A stretch of 59,826 bases of DNA, the filler included. It is 5 parts of 5 records of this genome, joined end to end, with 100 filler letters (N's around TTAATTAATTAA, not from the genome) between each part and the next. Parts side by side here need not be neighbours in the genome. Positions count along the whole stretch, not along the records: positions 40,991 to 53,060 come from SRR2962707_1424; 4 more parts are not named here. One strand, written 5' to 3'. Below, piece after piece: positions 41,682 to 51,360 of the stretch (position 1 is its first letter; each line of letters starts with the position of its first letter). Position numbers and translations under genes: made by a program. The notes under the pieces were generated by a model. It was not told where the DNA came from, did not search any database, and worked only from the letters and a program-made list of their open reading frames with translations.

Positions 41682-42806
41682 ATGTCCATGTCCGACATCC
41701 CGCCCCCCGCGCCGACGCCTGTCCAGGAACATCGCTTTCCCTGCGATACCTGCGGGTCGGATATGCGTTTTGCACCCGCGCAGGGCCTGTTGATCTGCGA
41801 CCACTGCGGCAACACGCAAAAGGTAACCGGCTCCTCAGGACCCTGGGGCGGCGGGATCAAGGAGCTGGATTTCCAGAAGGCGCTGGACAACCTTCTGCCG
41901 CTGCAGGAGATCGAAGAGACACGCGTCACCACCTGCCCCAACTGCGCCGCGCAGGTGGAATTCGACGCCGATGTTCACGCCACGGAATGCCCTTTCTGCG
42001 CCACGCCGGTGGTGGCTGATACCGGCATCCATCGACACATCAAACCACGCGGTGTGCTGCCCTTTGAACTTGATGAACCCAAGGCAAAAACCGCGATGAC
42101 GGACTGGCTGGGCGGTCTCTGGTTCGCCCCTAACGGCCTGACGGATTATGCCCGCAAGGGGCGGCGGATGCAGGGGATCTATGTCCCCTTCTGGACCTAT
42201 GACGCCGACACGCGGTCCAGTTACCGGGGTGAACGCGGCACGATCTATTATGAAACCCGCACCGTGATGCGCGATGGCAAAGCCCAAAGGCAGCAGGTGC
42301 AAAAGATCCGCTGGCGCCCGGTTGCAGGCCGGGTTGCACGGTTCTTTGACGATGTGCTGGTGCTCGCCTCGACATCCCTGCCCAAGCGGTTCACCGATGC
42401 GCTGCAACCATGGGATCTGACCCGGCTGGAACCCTATCGCCCCGAATTTCTGGCCGGTTTCCGCGCCGAAGGCTATACCGTCAACATCGATGCCGGTTTT
42501 GCCGAGGCGCGCGGCCTGATGGACCAGCAGATCGCGCGGGATGTAAAATTCGACATCGGTGGCGATCAGCAGCGCATTCATAACGTCGATACCGATGTCA
42601 GCGCCGTGACGTTTAAACATGTGCTGCTGCCGGTCTGGCTGGCAGCCTATAAATACCGGGGTCAGACCTATCGGTTCGTGGTCAACGGACAGACAGGTCG
42701 CGTACAGGGCGAACGCCCCTGGTCCGCCTGGAAGATCGCATTTGCCGTAACTCTGGGCCTTATTCTGGCAGCCTGTGTTGGCTATCTGGTCGCCACCAAC
42801 CAGTAG
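41682..42806 (+). CDS. Multi-Zn-ribbon membrane-anchored protein (YdjG-like)
   Basis: CDTCG, CDHCG, CPNC, CPFC; YVPFWTYD, LLPVW, VNGQTGRVQGERP, C-terminal TM helix. Confidence 0.8.
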   Translation: MSMSDIPPPAPTPVQEHRFPCDTCGSDMRFAPAQGLLICDHCGNTQKVTGSSGPWGGGIKELDFQKALDNLLPLQEIEETRVTTCPNCAAQVEFDADVHATECPFCATPVVADTGIHRHIKPRGVLPFELDEPKAKTAMTDWLGGLWFAPNGLTDYARKGRRMQGIYVPFWTYDADTRSSYRGERGTIYYETRTVMRDGKAQRQQVQKIRWRPVAGRVARFFDDVLVLASTSLPKRFTDALQPWDLTRLEPYRPEFLAGFRAEGYTVNIDAGFAEARGLMDQQIARDVKFDIGGDQQRIHNVDTDVSAVTFKHVLLPVWLAAYKYRGQTYRFVVNGQTGRVQGERPWSAWKIAFAVTLGLILAACVGYLVATNQ

Positions 42807-42915
42807 TCAGGCACGGCGTCGGCTCAGGCGCGACACTGGGACGCGGCGTACGGGGGGCCTTGCCCCCGGCGTGCCCACAAGGCAGTTTAGCGCAAACAAA
42901 AACCCGGAGGTCCCC

Positions 42916-43818
42916 ATGATACTGTGCTGCGGCGAATCCCTGATCGACATGTTACCGCGCGAATCCGTGGCAGGCGAACCGGCCTTCGCACCGCTTCCCG
43001 GGGGGGCCGTTTTCAACACCGCCATCGCTCTGGGACGACTTGGTGCGCCATCGGGATATTTTGGCGGCCTGTCGACCGATCTGTTCGGCAGCCAGCTGTG
43101 CGCGTCTCTTGATGCATCGCGCGTGGATTATTCCCTGTCCCCGCGCAGCGACCGCCCCACGACGCTGGCCTTTGTGACACTTACCGACGGCCATGCCCAA
43201 TACGCGTTTTATGACGAAATGACCGCCGGGCGGATGCTTACGGCCCAAGACCTGCCCGACCTACAGGACACGGTGGCGGCGCTGTTCTTTGGCGGTATAA
43301 GCCTTGTTTCCGAACCCGGTGCCGCGACCTATACCATGCTTTGCCTGCGCGAAGCGGGCAAGCGCGCCATCATGATAGATCCGAACATTCGACCCGGGTT
43401 CATCACCGACGAAGACGCCTATCGCAACCGGCTGAACGTCATGCTGCCTCGGGCCGACATCATCAAGGTTTCGGACGAAGATATGGCATGGCTTGGCACC
43501 ACGCCCGAGGCGTTGATCGCCGATGGCGCGGCCCTTGTTCTGGTGACACGCGGCGCCGAAGGGGTGGATGCCACCACCACCACGGACACCCTTCGCGTTC
43601 CCGCCACCAAGGCCACTGTCGTGGACACGGTTGGCGCGGGCGATACGTTCAACGCCGGGCTGCTGGCCGGACTTGCGCGCGATGGTCTGCTGGACCGCGA
43701 CACCCTGCGCAGCGCGACGCTGGAGCGCCTGAAGCCCGCCGTCGAACTGGGTGCGCGGGCCGCAGCCATCACTGTCAGCCGTGCCGGGGCCAATCCCCCA
43801 TGGCTGCACGAAGTATGA
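42916..43818 (+). CDS. PfkB family carbohydrate kinase (fructokinase-like)
   Basis: [37 protein letters not shown]. Confidence 0.92.
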   Translation: MILCCGESLIDMLPRESVAGEPAFAPLPGGAVFNTAIALGRLGAPSGYFGGLSTDLFGSQLCASLDASRVDYSLSPRSDRPTTLAFVTLTDGHAQYAFYDEMTAGRMLTAQDLPDLQDTVAALFFGGISLVSEPGAATYTMLCLREAGKRAIMIDPNIRPGFITDEDAYRNRLNVMLPRADIIKVSDEDMAWLGTTPEALIADGAALVLVTRGAEGVDATTTTDTLRVPATKATVVDTVGAGDTFNAGLLAGLARDGLLDRDTLRSATLERLKPAVELGARAAAITVSRAGANPPWLHEV

Positions 43819-44258
43819 GGGCACTGCTGCAACGGGTCAGCCGCGCCTCCGTCTTGGTCGAGGGCGCGGTGCTGGGGGAAATCGGACCCGGGCTGCTGAT
43901 CCTGATTTGCGCCATGCAGGGCGATTCAGAGGCTGAGGCCGACAAACTCGCCGCCAGAATTGCAAAGCTGCGGATTTTTGCCGACGACGCGGGCAAGATG
44001 AACCGCTCGGTCCTCGACACCGGGGGTGCGGCGCTTGTCGTCAGCCAGTTCACCCTTGCCGCCGATACCACGCGCGGCAACCGCCCCGGCTTTTCCGCCG
44101 CCGCACGGCCGGACGAGGGCCGCCGCCTTTATGAATATTTCGCAGGCTGCATCCAGTCGCAGGGCATCCCCACCGCCATGGGCCGGTTTGGCGCGGATAT
44201 GGCTGTCAGCCTGATCAACGATGGTCCCATCACGATCTGGCTGGATACTGCGGCCTGA
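43815..44258 (+). CDS. dtd: D-aminoacyl-tRNA deacylase
   Basis: [29 protein letters not shown]. Confidence 0.95.
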   Translation: MRALLQRVSRASVLVEGAVLGEIGPGLLILICAMQGDSEAEADKLAARIAKLRIFADDAGKMNRSVLDTGGAALVVSQFTLAADTTRGNRPGFSAAARPDEGRRLYEYFAGCIQSQGIPTAMGRFGADMAVSLINDGPITIWLDTAA

Positions 44259-44309
44259 GCCTTCACTTTTTCAAATACGCAAATCCCGCCCATAGCACCG
44301 GTACGGCAC

Positions 44310-44819
44310 TCAGGATTTCTTGACGAACTGCGTCAGGATCACGATGCGCTGGCCCTCAACTCGGCCCTCGATATGGTCGGCGTTATCCGCCACCAGGGAA
44401 ATGCCACGCACCGACGTGCCACGTTTGGCGGTGAAACCCGCGCCCTTGACCGTCAGATCCTTGATCAGCACCACGGTGTCGCCCTGCGTCAGAACCACCC
44501 CGTTGCTGTCACGATGCACCACATCGGGCACCGCGCTAACGCCTGCCTGCGCCCAGTCCATCTCATCCGGTTCCAGATAGGCAATTTCAAGCAGCTCTTT
44601 CGCCCAAAGCGCGTCCAGCGTGTTCAGCAATCGCCATGCCAACACTTTGACCGCAGAGTCCTCGGACCAGATCGCGTCGTTCAGGCATTGCCAGTGCGGT
44701 ATATCCTGCGGACCGTTTTCAAGCCCGTCCAGACAGGTCTCGCAGATGGCCACGTCAACCTGCCTTGGCGTGACAGTGAAATCGCGCGTTTCCTCCGCGC
44801 CGCATAGTACACAGGCCAT
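44310..44819 (-). CDS. PhnA/YjdM domain Zn-ribbon protein
   Basis: Two CxxC, HWQCLND, DSNG..GDTVVLIKDL.VKG. Confidence 0.85.
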   Translation of the reverse strand: MACVLCGAEETRDFTVTPRQVDVAICETCLDGLENGPQDIPHWQCLNDAIWSEDSAVKVLAWRLLNTLDALWAKELLEIAYLEPDEMDWAQAGVSAVPDVVHRDSNGVVLTQGDTVVLIKDLTVKGAGFTAKRGTSVRGISLVADNADHIEGRVEGQRIVILTQFVKKS

Positions 44820-44912
44820 CGCGATTCCCCTTCTGATGATGCCGGTGTTCAGCTACCCCTCGGCGCGGGCAATGGCGACCCACAATCGCAGGTCAGACAC
44901 CATCCAACGGCG

Positions 44913-46013
44913 TTAGGACATCGGCGCCAGGATCACGGCCTGACCAGTTGATGCAGAATCCTGCGCAGCCAACCCCATGCGCACGGCGGCAAAACCGTCG
45001 CTCAGGCTGACCTCGGGCGATCCAGTGCCACGTACCACATCCAGAAAACGCTGATGCTGGTAGAACGTCGATCCGTTGTGATCACCTGCGGCCAAAAGGG
45101 CGGGATCGACCGGGATGTCGATACGGCGCGGACCCTTTGGCGCGCGCGGGCTGACGATCAGCTGCGGCACCGGGGGGCTGCCCAAATCCGTTGGCCAGAA
45201 CCGCCCAGGGCCGGGAACGAGCGCCTCTAACTTGCCCGTCGGGCCGGTGGCGCTGATCTCTTCCTGATAGCGGCTGCCTTCGGCAAACATGCACAATTCC
45301 AACATCGCACGGGCACCAGAGGCGAAATCGACGATCACATAGGCATGATCCCAGATATCGGGTGCCGCGCCGTCATAGCGTTCATCCTTGTGGTTCACGG
45401 CCTGCCCGCCGCTGGCCATGACCCGCACCGGTTCTGACCGCAGCACCAGCCGCATAAGGTCAAAGAAGTGGCAGCATTTTTCAACCAGCGTGCCCCCGGT
45501 GTTGCGGTTGAACCGGTTCCAGTCGCCGACCTTTGGCAGGAACGGAAATCGGTGTTCGCGGATCGTCAGCATCTGCACGCCGCCGGTCGCCGCCTGTGCC
45601 TGATCCAGAAAGGCCGCGATGGGCGGCATGTAACGATATTCCATCGCCACCCAGACCGGCGCCGGGTAGGTTTCCATGATGTGCCGGACCCGTGCTGCGT
45701 CGTCTGTGTTGGTAAAAAGTGGCTTTTCCACAAGCACAGGCAGCGGACGCCGCGCCGCAATCTGTTCCATCTGCGCCACATGTAGATGGTTAGGCGACAC
45801 CATCACCAACGCGTCAAGGTCCTGCAGGTCCAGCAAGGCCTCGATTGACGGCATGCGCTGCGCGGCGGGTGCCAGATCCAACGCAGCTTGCGCCATGGTA
45901 TCATCCGGTTCAAAAATCGCGGCGATGCGGGCGCCGTCAAGCAGGGCGATGTTGCGCAGGTGTTCCTGCCCCATCATGCCGCAGCCGATAATTCCATAAT
46001 TGACTGTCTTCAT
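44913..46013 (-). CDS. Gfo/Idh/MocA protein, probable NAD+-dependent sulfoquinovosidase (GH188-like)
   Basis: GCGMMGQEH, VEKP, AMEYRY, EHRFPFLPKVGDWNRF, EKCCHFFD; adjacent to smoCBA-like genes. Confidence 0.78.
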   Translation of the reverse strand: MKTVNYGIIGCGMMGQEHLRNIALLDGARIAAIFEPDDTMAQAALDLAPAAQRMPSIEALLDLQDLDALVMVSPNHLHVAQMEQIAARRPLPVLVEKPLFTNTDDAARVRHIMETYPAPVWVAMEYRYMPPIAAFLDQAQAATGGVQMLTIREHRFPFLPKVGDWNRFNRNTGGTLVEKCCHFFDLMRLVLRSEPVRVMASGGQAVNHKDERYDGAAPDIWDHAYVIVDFASGARAMLELCMFAEGSRYQEEISATGPTGKLEALVPGPGRFWPTDLGSPPVPQLIVSPRAPKGPRRIDIPVDPALLAAGDHNGSTFYQHQRFLDVVRGTGSPEVSLSDGFAAVRMGLAAQDSASTGQAVILAPMS

Positions 46014-46024
46014 GCATTCCGCCC

Positions 46025-46741
46025 CTACGCCAGACGCGCCACATAGCGCGCCACATTTGTGTCTATCCAGTTGCGCGACACTTCGGCCCGCGCGCCGTCC
46101 TGTCCCCAGCTGATACGTTCCACCATCACGCAGGGTTGCCCCACGCGCAGGCCAAAGGTCGCTGGCGCCCAATCCGGCACTGCACCCAGGCCAACACGAT
46201 CCTCGACCCTTGTGATCCAGAGCCCCAGAGCCTCGCGGTAATAGAGGTAGAGGGATTCCGACATTTCCGCCGGATCGAGCCTGTCGGCATAGGCCCCGTC
46301 GAGCCAGATTTCCTCAAGCACTGCAGGGGTTGCGTTCAGGCTGCGCAGGCGGCGGATGCGGTGGGCATCCGGCGCGGTGCCAGACGCGGGCAGACCGGCG
46401 TCCTTGGGCACCCGCGCCACATCCAGCAGCGCCGCACGCGGCAACCCGCCGCCTTCCAAAAGCTCTACCCGGAAAAACGAATAAACTGATCTGGCGTCCG
46501 GTTTGGTGCGCACATAGTTGCCCGACCCCTGCACGCGTTCCAGCAGCCCCTTGTCGGTCAGATCGGCCAGCGCCTTGCGCAGGGTGCCGACCGAAGTGCC
46601 AAGCTGTGCGGCCATATCCCGTTCGGGCGGGAGGCGTTCACCGCTGACCAGCCGCCCCGCACCGATTTCGCGGATCAGCATCTCGCTCAGCTGAACATAG
46701 AGCGGAAGGGCATGGGGGTCGGCAGTCACGGCTGGGCGCAT
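46025..46741 (-). CDS. GntR/UTRA regulator (SmoD-like)
   Basis: PLYVQL..RLPPERDMA..TLRKAL..RVQGSG; divergent from smoC. Confidence 0.88.
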   Translation of the reverse strand: MRPAVTADPHALPLYVQLSEMLIREIGAGRLVSGERLPPERDMAAQLGTSVGTLRKALADLTDKGLLERVQGSGNYVRTKPDARSVYSFFRVELLEGGGLPRAALLDVARVPKDAGLPASGTAPDAHRIRRLRSLNATPAVLEEIWLDGAYADRLDPAEMSESLYLYYREALGLWITRVEDRVGLGAVPDWAPATFGLRVGQPCVMVERISWGQDGARAEVSRNWIDTNVARYVARLA

Positions 46742-46749
46742 CCGGGGAA

Positions 46750-46780
46750 TATTGATACACTATTGATCTACATCATTGAC
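46750..46780. promoter_or_regulatory. Direct repeats in the regulator/smoC divergent region, candidate operator
   Basis: TATTGAT at 46750 and 46761 (11-bp period), ATTGAC at 46775. Confidence 0.4.
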
Positions 46781-46823
46781 GGTGCTACGCAAGTGTAAAG
46801 CTTACCGAACCGAAAGTACCCAG

Positions 46824-47978
46824 ATGACCGTTGTGCCCATCACTTCGCCCGACCTTGACGCAGCCGAGGTGTCATGGTTCTCGGCCCTCTGCTCGGATGA
46901 CTATGCCTATCTGGGCGTGCCTGACGGCGCGCTGCGTTCCAGCTGGCAGCACTGTTCTGACATCGTGAAAGAGGCCGAAGCGCAGGGTTTTCGCAACATC
47001 CTGTGCCCGTCATCCTATCAGGTCGGGCAGGACACCCTGTCCTTTGTTGCAGGCTGCGCGCCGATCACCGACAAGATCAACATGCTGGCCGCTGTGCGCT
47101 GCGGAGAAATGCAACCGATCATGTTGGCCCGTACCATCGCGACGCTGGATCACATGTTGCAGGGGCGACTTACGGTGAACATCATCTCGTCCGATTTCCC
47201 CGGACAAAAGGAACCTTCGCCCTTTCGCTATCAGCGATCACGCGAGGTGGTCGAAATCCTGAAACAGGCCTGGACCCAGGACGAGATCAATTATTCGGGC
47301 GAGGTTTATGATTTCAAAGGGCTGACCACCGACCCGACCAGACCATACCAGACCGGCGGACCGCTGCTTTACTTTGGCGGTTATTCCCCCGATGCGCTGG
47401 AACTCTGCGGCCAGCACTGCGACGTCTACCTCATGTGGCCAGAAACCAAGGACGCCCTCGCCCAGCGCATGCAGGACGTTCATGCTGTTGCCGCCAGGTA
47501 CAATCGCACGCTGGACTATGGCCTGCGCGTCCATGTCATCGTGCGCGACACAGAGGCCGAGGCGCGCGAATATGCCCGCCACCTTGTCAGCCAGCTTGAC
47601 GATGATCAGGGCAAGACGATTCGCGACCGCGCGCTGGATGCCGGATCGCTGGGCGTGTCGCATCAGGCGAAAAACCGCGAACTGGCCGATATGGAAGGGT
47701 TCATTGAACCCCATCTGTGGACCGGCATTGGCCGTGCTCGGTCAGGCTGTGGCGCGGCGCTGGTGGGATCGACCGATCAGGTCCTGTCGGAATTGGAAAG
47801 TTACCAGAAAATGGGTATCCGGGCCTTTATCCTGTCGGGATATCCGCATATCGACGAATGCCGACACTTTGGCAGCCGCGTGTTGCCGCAGATGAAAACT
47901 TGCTCGCTTCCGCAGGCCTATGGGCGTGTGCCTGAAACGACACCCAAAACGCCGCTTGGCGTGGGAGAAAGACGCTGA
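46824..47978 (+). CDS. smoC: Sulfoquinovose monooxygenase (LLM class flavin-dependent)
   Basis: MTVVPITSPDLDAAEVSWFSALCSDDY, ILCPSSYQVGQD, LWTGIGRARSGCG; recalled close similarity to Agrobacterium SmoC. Confidence 0.88.
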   Translation: MTVVPITSPDLDAAEVSWFSALCSDDYAYLGVPDGALRSSWQHCSDIVKEAEAQGFRNILCPSSYQVGQDTLSFVAGCAPITDKINMLAAVRCGEMQPIMLARTIATLDHMLQGRLTVNIISSDFPGQKEPSPFRYQRSREVVEILKQAWTQDEINYSGEVYDFKGLTTDPTRPYQTGGPLLYFGGYSPDALELCGQHCDVYLMWPETKDALAQRMQDVHAVAARYNRTLDYGLRVHVIVRDTEAEAREYARHLVSQLDDDQGKTIRDRALDAGSLGVSHQAKNRELADMEGFIEPHLWTGIGRARSGCGAALVGSTDQVLSELESYQKMGIRAFILSGYPHIDECRHFGSRVLPQMKTCSLPQAYGRVPETTPKTPLGVGERR

Positions 47979-48868
47979 TGGACCGCATTTCCCTGACACC
48001 CGACATCACGATCAGCCGCCTTGTTTATGGCATGTGGCGGCTGGGCGATGACGAGGATAACGGCCCCCTGCATGTGCGCGCCAAGATCGACGCCTGTCTG
48101 GCCCAGGGCATCACCACGATGGATCAGGCCGACATCTATGGCGGCTACATGGCCGAAGAGATTTTGGGCGACGCGCTGACACCCTCCCTGCGCAGCAAGA
48201 TCGAGATCGTCACGAAATGCGACATCGTCGCGCCTGCGGGGCGGCATGCAGCAGCCCGCGTCAAACACTATGACACCAGCCGCGCGCATATCTTTGCATC
48301 GGTTGAGCAGTCGCTGCAGTTGATGAAAACCGACTATATCGACGTGCTGCTGATCCATCGCCCCGATCCGCTGATGGACCAACATGAAACCGGGGCGGCG
48401 CTGGACGAACTGGTCACGTCCGGCAAGGTTCGCGCCGTGGGGGTGTCAAATTTCCGGCCTTGGGATTGGAACCTGCTGCAATCGGCGATGAAGACACCGC
48501 TGTGCACCAATCAGATCGAAATCTCTCTGCTAGAACATTCTGCCCTGACCAACGGCGACATCGCCTTTCTTCAGGAACGCAATATCCCGCCGATGGCCTG
48601 GTCGCCGCTGGGTGGTGGGTCGCTGTTTTTCGACACCCGGCACGCCTCCCTGCTTTCTGCACTCAAGGATGTGGGGGCGGCGCACGGCACGGATGAAACC
48701 GCCGCTGCCATCGCCTGGCTCTTGGCACATCCCGCGCGCATCCTACCTGTCCTTGGTACCAACAATCTGGACCGCATCGCGCGCATAGGCGATGCTGCAA
48801 AGATCAACATGGATCGGGAGACATGGTTTGAGCTTTATACCCACGCCCTTGGCGAAGAAGTACCCTGA
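47978..48868 (+). CDS. smoB: Aldo/keto reductase, probable 6-oxo-glucose reductase
   Basis: YGMWRL, DQADIYGG, LIHRPD, GVSNF, AWSPLGGG; coupled to smoC. Confidence 0.8.
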   Translation: MDRISLTPDITISRLVYGMWRLGDDEDNGPLHVRAKIDACLAQGITTMDQADIYGGYMAEEILGDALTPSLRSKIEIVTKCDIVAPAGRHAAARVKHYDTSRAHIFASVEQSLQLMKTDYIDVLLIHRPDPLMDQHETGAALDELVTSGKVRAVGVSNFRPWDWNLLQSAMKTPLCTNQIEISLLEHSALTNGDIAFLQERNIPPMAWSPLGGGSLFFDTRHASLLSALKDVGAAHGTDETAAAIAWLLAHPARILPVLGTNNLDRIARIGDAAKINMDRETWFELYTHALGEEVP

Positions 48869-48895
48869 CGCCATGCCGCAAAGGGTGCCCCGCGC

Positions 48896-49402
48896 ATGAC
48901 CGTGCAAACGCTCAGCTTTGACCCGGCGTCAGAAAATGCCCGCGCCTTTCGCGAGGCATTGGGCCAGTTCGGTACTGGCGTCACCATCGTGACCTGCGCG
49001 ACCGCCGACGGTCCGCTTGGGATCACCGCAAACAGCTTTGCCTCTGTGTCGCTGGACCCGCCGTTGGTGCTTTGGGCGCCGGCGAAATTGTCCTCGCGCT
49101 ATCCGTTTTATGCCGCCGCCGACCATTTCGCCATTCATGTGATCGGTGCGGACCAGTTGAACCACTGCGAAGGTTTTGCACGCACCGGGGATGCGTTTCA
49201 CGAATTCGACTGGAAGACCGGGGCACATGGCGTGCCGCTGCTAAGCGGTTGCCTGTCCTGTTTTGAATGCGAAAAAACCGCCGAGCATGACGGCGGCGAC
49301 CACACCATTATCGTGGCGCGTGTGACGCGCGTGACCACGCGCCCTGGCGAACCGCTATTGTTTCACGGCGGCAAATACGGGAGCTTTGCACCAGCGTCAT
49401 GA
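48896..49402 (+). CDS. smoA: Flavin reductase
   Basis: FREALGQFGTGVTIVT, TANSFASVSLDPPLVLW, GGDHTI. Confidence 0.82.
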   Translation: MTVQTLSFDPASENARAFREALGQFGTGVTIVTCATADGPLGITANSFASVSLDPPLVLWAPAKLSSRYPFYAAADHFAIHVIGADQLNHCEGFARTGDAFHEFDWKTGAHGVPLLSGCLSCFECEKTAEHDGGDHTIIVARVTRVTTRPGEPLLFHGGKYGSFAPAS

Positions 49403-49452
49403 ACCGCCCTTAGAAATACAAAACCAGGGGCGTTAGAGGGAGGAGGAGGCCG

Positions 49453-50037
49453 ATGGCCATTTTGCTGGCGCTTTTGCGTCCCCTGCAGGTTGTGCTGGAC
49501 CACGTGCTGCGGCTTGGCCGTGCACTGGCGATCGCTGCGATTGCGCTCATGGTCGTCTGCATTCTGTTGCAGGTCTTCATGCGCTACGTGCTGAACAACG
49601 CCCTGCCCTGGCCGGAAGAGGCGGCACGTTTCCTCATGCTTTGGATGACAGGCCTTATCGCGCCTTCGGCCTATCGCCGGGGCGGGTTCGTTGCCATCGA
49701 CATGGTGACCGCCTTGCTGCCGCGCACCCTTGGCGCGGCGCTGACACTAATCCTGTTGCTGCTATCGGGCGCAGTCCTGATAATGGGGCTGGAGCTAGGG
49801 CAAAAGCACGTAACCTCGGGATGGATGTTCGCATCCTCATCCCTGCGGGTGCCGATGGAATGGGTCGGCATGAAGGGATTCAAGATCAAGCTCGCCTGGA
49901 TGTATCTGTCGCTTTACACCGGGCTGATCCTGTTGCTGGCCGTGAACATAGAGTTGATCCTGCGGTCGGTGATCGCAATGCTGGGCCACGAATCCCGCTT
50001 GCGTCCAGCCATGGACGCTGAACTGAGGGTTGAATAG
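49453..50037 (+). CDS. TRAP transporter small permease (DctQ)
   Basis: QVFMRYVLN..WPEEAARF; four TM helices. Confidence 0.92.
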   Translation: MAILLALLRPLQVVLDHVLRLGRALAIAAIALMVVCILLQVFMRYVLNNALPWPEEAARFLMLWMTGLIAPSAYRRGGFVAIDMVTALLPRTLGAALTLILLLLSGAVLIMGLELGQKHVTSGWMFASSSLRVPMEWVGMKGFKIKLAWMYLSLYTGLILLLAVNIELILRSVIAMLGHESRLRPAMDAELRVE

Positions 50038-51327
50038 ATGCTGGTCTGGTTCCTTCCCCTGTTCCTGTTGTTCCTGATGCTGGGTTTGCCAGTGTTCTTT
50101 GGCATGCTGGCCGCGCCGGGAATTCTGCTGATGCTCAACGGGCAGGAACGGGATCTGTCGCTGCTCTATCGCAACGTCTACAACGGCATGGACAGCTTTC
50201 CGTTGATGGCGATCCCGTTCTTTATGCTGGCCGGAGAATTGATGAACCGCGGCGGCATCACAATGCGGCTGGTTGAATTCAGTCAGGCGATGATGGGCCA
50301 TTTTAGGGGCGGCCTTGCGCATGTGAACGTGCTGTCTTCGATGCTGTTTGCCGGCCTGTCGGGGTCTGCGGTGGCGGATACATCGGCGTTGGGGTCAATG
50401 CTGATCCCGGCGATGGAGCGTGAAGGCTATACCCGTCGCTTTGCCGCCGCCATCACCGCCGCGTCAAGCGTCATTGGCCCCATTATCCCGCCCAGCGGAA
50501 TCATGATCATCTATGCCTATGTCATGGGTGAATCCGTGGCGGCGCTGTTTCTGGCCGGGATCGTTCCCGGCGCCCTTGTCGGCCTGGGCCTGATGCTGAT
50601 GGTCAAGGTGATGGCCGACCGATACGATTTTCCCGCCTCACGGGCCAAGGCGACCTGGCCCGAACGTGGACAGGCCAGCCTCAAGGCGTTTTTTCCCCTG
50701 CTCACCCCGGTGATCATCCTTGGCGGCATCCTTGGCGGCGTGTTTACCCCGACCGAGGCGGCAGCCGTCGCCGTTGCCTACGCCATCATCATCGGTATGT
50801 TCGTGCTCAACACCCTAAAGCTGCGTGATCTGCCTGACGTTCTTTCGCGCGCCGCCATGACATCGGCGGTTGTGCTTTTGCTGGTCGGCGCCGCAATGGC
50901 GTTCAAGACGGTGGTCAGCCTGTCACACACCCCGGAACACCTGGCGACGTTCATCCTGTCACTTAGCGATAATCCGTTGATCCTTCTGTTCCTGATCAAC
51001 CTGCTGCTGTTCATCGTGGGTATGTTTCTGGATGCAGGCCCTGCGATCATCATTCTTGGGCCAATCCTGGGGCCGATCTTCATCAACTTAGGGATCGATC
51101 CGGTGCATTTCGCGATCATTATGTCGGTGAACCTGACCGTCGGTCTTGCCACGCCGCCCATGGGCCTTGTTCTGTTCGTGGCCAGTTCGGTTTCCGGCGA
51201 ACGGGTTGAAACGATTGCCCGCGCGATCCTGCCGTTTCTTGCCGTCGAGGTGGTGGTGATCTTTCTGATCACCTTTATTCCGGCACTGTCATTGACGATC
51301 CCGCGCCTTGCGGGCTTTGTCCAATAA
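50038..51327 (+). CDS. TRAP transporter large permease (DctM)
   Basis: SFPLMAIPFF, LSGSAVAD, IIPPS, GVFTPTE, TPPMG. Confidence 0.94.
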   Translation: MLVWFLPLFLLFLMLGLPVFFGMLAAPGILLMLNGQERDLSLLYRNVYNGMDSFPLMAIPFFMLAGELMNRGGITMRLVEFSQAMMGHFRGGLAHVNVLSSMLFAGLSGSAVADTSALGSMLIPAMEREGYTRRFAAAITAASSVIGPIIPPSGIMIIYAYVMGESVAALFLAGIVPGALVGLGLMLMVKVMADRYDFPASRAKATWPERGQASLKAFFPLLTPVIILGGILGGVFTPTEAAAVAVAYAIIIGMFVLNTLKLRDLPDVLSRAAMTSAVVLLLVGAAMAFKTVVSLSHTPEHLATFILSLSDNPLILLFLINLLLFIVGMFLDAGPAIIILGPILGPIFINLGIDPVHFAIIMSVNLTVGLATPPMGLVLFVASSVSGERVETIARAILPFLAVEVVVIFLITFIPALSLTIPRLAGFVQ

Positions 51328-51360
51328 TCCATCGACCACCAAGCATAGGGAGTTTAAAGA

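Noticed and set aside
44310..44819. Phosphonate catabolism inferred from the PhnA domain
   Set aside because: This is the small YjdM-type Zn-ribbon family, not phosphonoacetate hydrolase, and there are no phn genes nearby
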